A DNA stretch of 64,000 bases from Longimicrobiales bacterium (GTDB lineage: Bacteria > Gemmatimonadota > Gemmatimonadetes > Longimicrobiales > Gaopeijiaceae). Location of the stretch: positions 3,680,001 through 3,744,000 of the forward strand of contig OZ250165.1 in assembly GCA_965238005.1 (NCBI GenBank). The letters run 5' to 3'. Below, piece after piece: positions 62,792 through 64,000 of the stretch. The stretch's first letter is position 1. Every line of letters begins with the position of its first letter. Made by a program: the position numbers and the translations under genes. The notes below the pieces were generated by a model, which was given only the letters and a program-made list of their open reading frames with translations, ran no database searches and had not been told where the DNA came from.

Positions 62792-62826
62792 GTTTCTTGC
62801 TACCCCACCGGTTTCTTGCTACCCCA
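62792..62826. repeat. 16-bp direct repeat spanning the thiE stop codon
   Basis: gtttcttgctacccca at 62792-62807 and 62811-62826. Confidence 0.85.
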
Positions 62827-63433
62827 GGGCCTGAAGATAAGCCTGCACCGCGTCGCCTGAAGAGGGGGCATTCCAGATTCCCCTGATGACGGCCGCACCA
62901 TGCCCCCCAGCCTCAAGGATCGGCGGCACCCGCTCGGGCGTTACTCCCCCGATCCCGACGAGCGGCACGGAGACGGCCGCTCCCACGTCACGGATCAGCT
63001 GCGGCCCCGCCGGCGTTTCGTCGGGGTGGGACGGAGTCGCCCAAAGGACTCCCACGAAGAGGAAGTCCACACCACCCCGAGCGGCCTCCGCCGCCTCCTC
63101 CACACTGTGCACCGAGGCCCCCACCAGGCGATTCGGTCCCAGCAGCTCCCGCGCCTCATCGGGTGGCAGGGAGCGGCGGCCCAGGTGGGCACCGTCCAGC
63201 ACCAGACAGAGGGCCACGTCCACCCGGTCGTTCACGAGGAGCGTGGCGCCGGAGGAGGCGGCCGGATCCCGTAGCGCCCCTGCCAGCTCCACGAGGCGTC
63301 GCCCCGTGGCGTGGGGTCCCCGGAGATGGAAGGCGATGGGACCGCCGGCCTCCAGGACCTCCAGAGCCCGGGCTTGAAAGTCATCCCGGGCCAGCACCCC
63401 GTCGTCCGTGACGACGTGAAGGCGGGGGATCAC
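62819..63433 (-). CDS. thiE: Thiamine phosphate synthase / TenI family protein
   Basis: VNDRVDVA, GAHLG, GASVHS, TPSH, IGGVT. Confidence 0.85.
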   Translation of the reverse strand: MIPRLHVVTDDGVLARDDFQARALEVLEAGGPIAFHLRGPHATGRRLVELAGALRDPAASSGATLLVNDRVDVALCLVLDGAHLGRRSLPPDEARELLGPNRLVGASVHSVEEAAEAARGGVDFLFVGVLWATPSHPDETPAGPQLIRDVGAAVSVPLVGIGGVTPERVPPILEAGGHGAAVIRGIWNAPSSGDAVQAYLQALG

Positions 63434-64000
63434 TCGAATCGCTGGCCGGCGCTCGCTCCCCGGCCCAGCACCCAGTCGCCGGCTTTCATCCGGCTCTTCC
63501 CCGCCGGCTGGACCTCGCCGATCCGGACGGCGCCGTCCCCGGCCGCCACCAGCAAGCCCGTAGTCCGGTCTGCGTCCACGATGGTCCCCGGCGACTCCTC
63601 GGGGGTGACAACCGGCTCGGCCTCGGGCTTGAACAGCTTCACCGGGCTGCCCTCCAGCTCGGACCAGGCTCCCGGCACGGCGTCCATCCCCCGGATCAAA
63701 TTGGCCACGTCCGAGCTCGATGCGGTCCAGTCGATGTGAGCCGTCTCCCGGTCCACCTTGGGCGCGTGCGTAGCCGCCGACTCCTCCTGCTCCACCTCCT
63801 CGACGACGCCGGCCTCCAGGAGGGCCAGCGCCTCCACCAGGGCTGCGGCGCCGATCTCAGAGAGGCGCGTCGTGAGCTCCGAGGCGGTCTCCCTGGCGTC
63901 GATAGGCTCCTCGGTCTGAAAGAGGATGGGGCCGGCGTCCATCTTCTCCACCATGCGCATGACGGTCACGCCCGTGACGGTGCCGCCGCGCACGATGGAC
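63430..64000 (-). CDS. fmt: Methionyl-tRNA formyltransferase (5' part outside the window)
   Basis: TGVTVMRM..MDAGPI, THAPK, IDW and VQPAGK; upstream of rsmB. Confidence 0.95.
   Translation of the reverse strand, partial: SIVRGGTVTGVTVMRMVEKMDAGPILFQTEEPIDARETASELTTRLSEIGAAALVEALALLEAGVVEEVEQEESAATHAPKVDRETAHIDWTASSSDVANLIRGMDAVPGAWSELEGSPVKLFKPEAEPVVTPEESPGTIVDADRTTGLLVAAGDGAVRIGEVQPAGKSRMKAGDWVLGRGASAGQRFE

Overview
High-GC bacterial chromosomal segment. Gene content and lipoprotein style suggest Gemmatimonadota, which is inference only. The left end (1-9.3 kb) is accessory DNA around a tRNA-Lys(TTT). It holds a sulfatase, a truncated ZIP-transporter remnant, two modular lipoproteins and a tightly coupled four-gene cluster: ArsM-like Cys-rich SAM methyltransferase, radical SAM enzyme, degenerate metallophosphoesterase and ArsO-like flavoprotein. 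This cluster is the best candidate for an undescribed organoarsenic-modifying pathway. The rest is mostly core genome: rnhB-rplS-trmD-rimM-rpsP-ffh, purA, a patatin-Omp85 protein, pilT, trpS, hsp20, asd-lysC-dapB-dapA-dapD, a peptidoglycan-salvage cluster (sugar kinase, Na+/solute symporter, two NagZ, NamZ), dat, a CesT-like/pspA pair, uvrA, htpX, a frameshifted PAS kinase, tamB/tamA, lgt, tsaD, ybbR, tlpA, a PASTA protein, rsmB, thiGSE and fmt. Intergenic DNA carries a family of CTAG/TA-targeting miniature inverted-repeat elements in all stages of decay, often sitting on TAG stop codons. It also carries a 31-bp IS-end footprint with an 8-bp target duplication, duplicated gene 3' ends, a promoter-proximal terminator ahead of purA and a sigma-54-type promoter for hsp20. 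Several single-base lesions could be real mutations or assembly errors. No CRISPR array, rRNA or intact transposase was seen.
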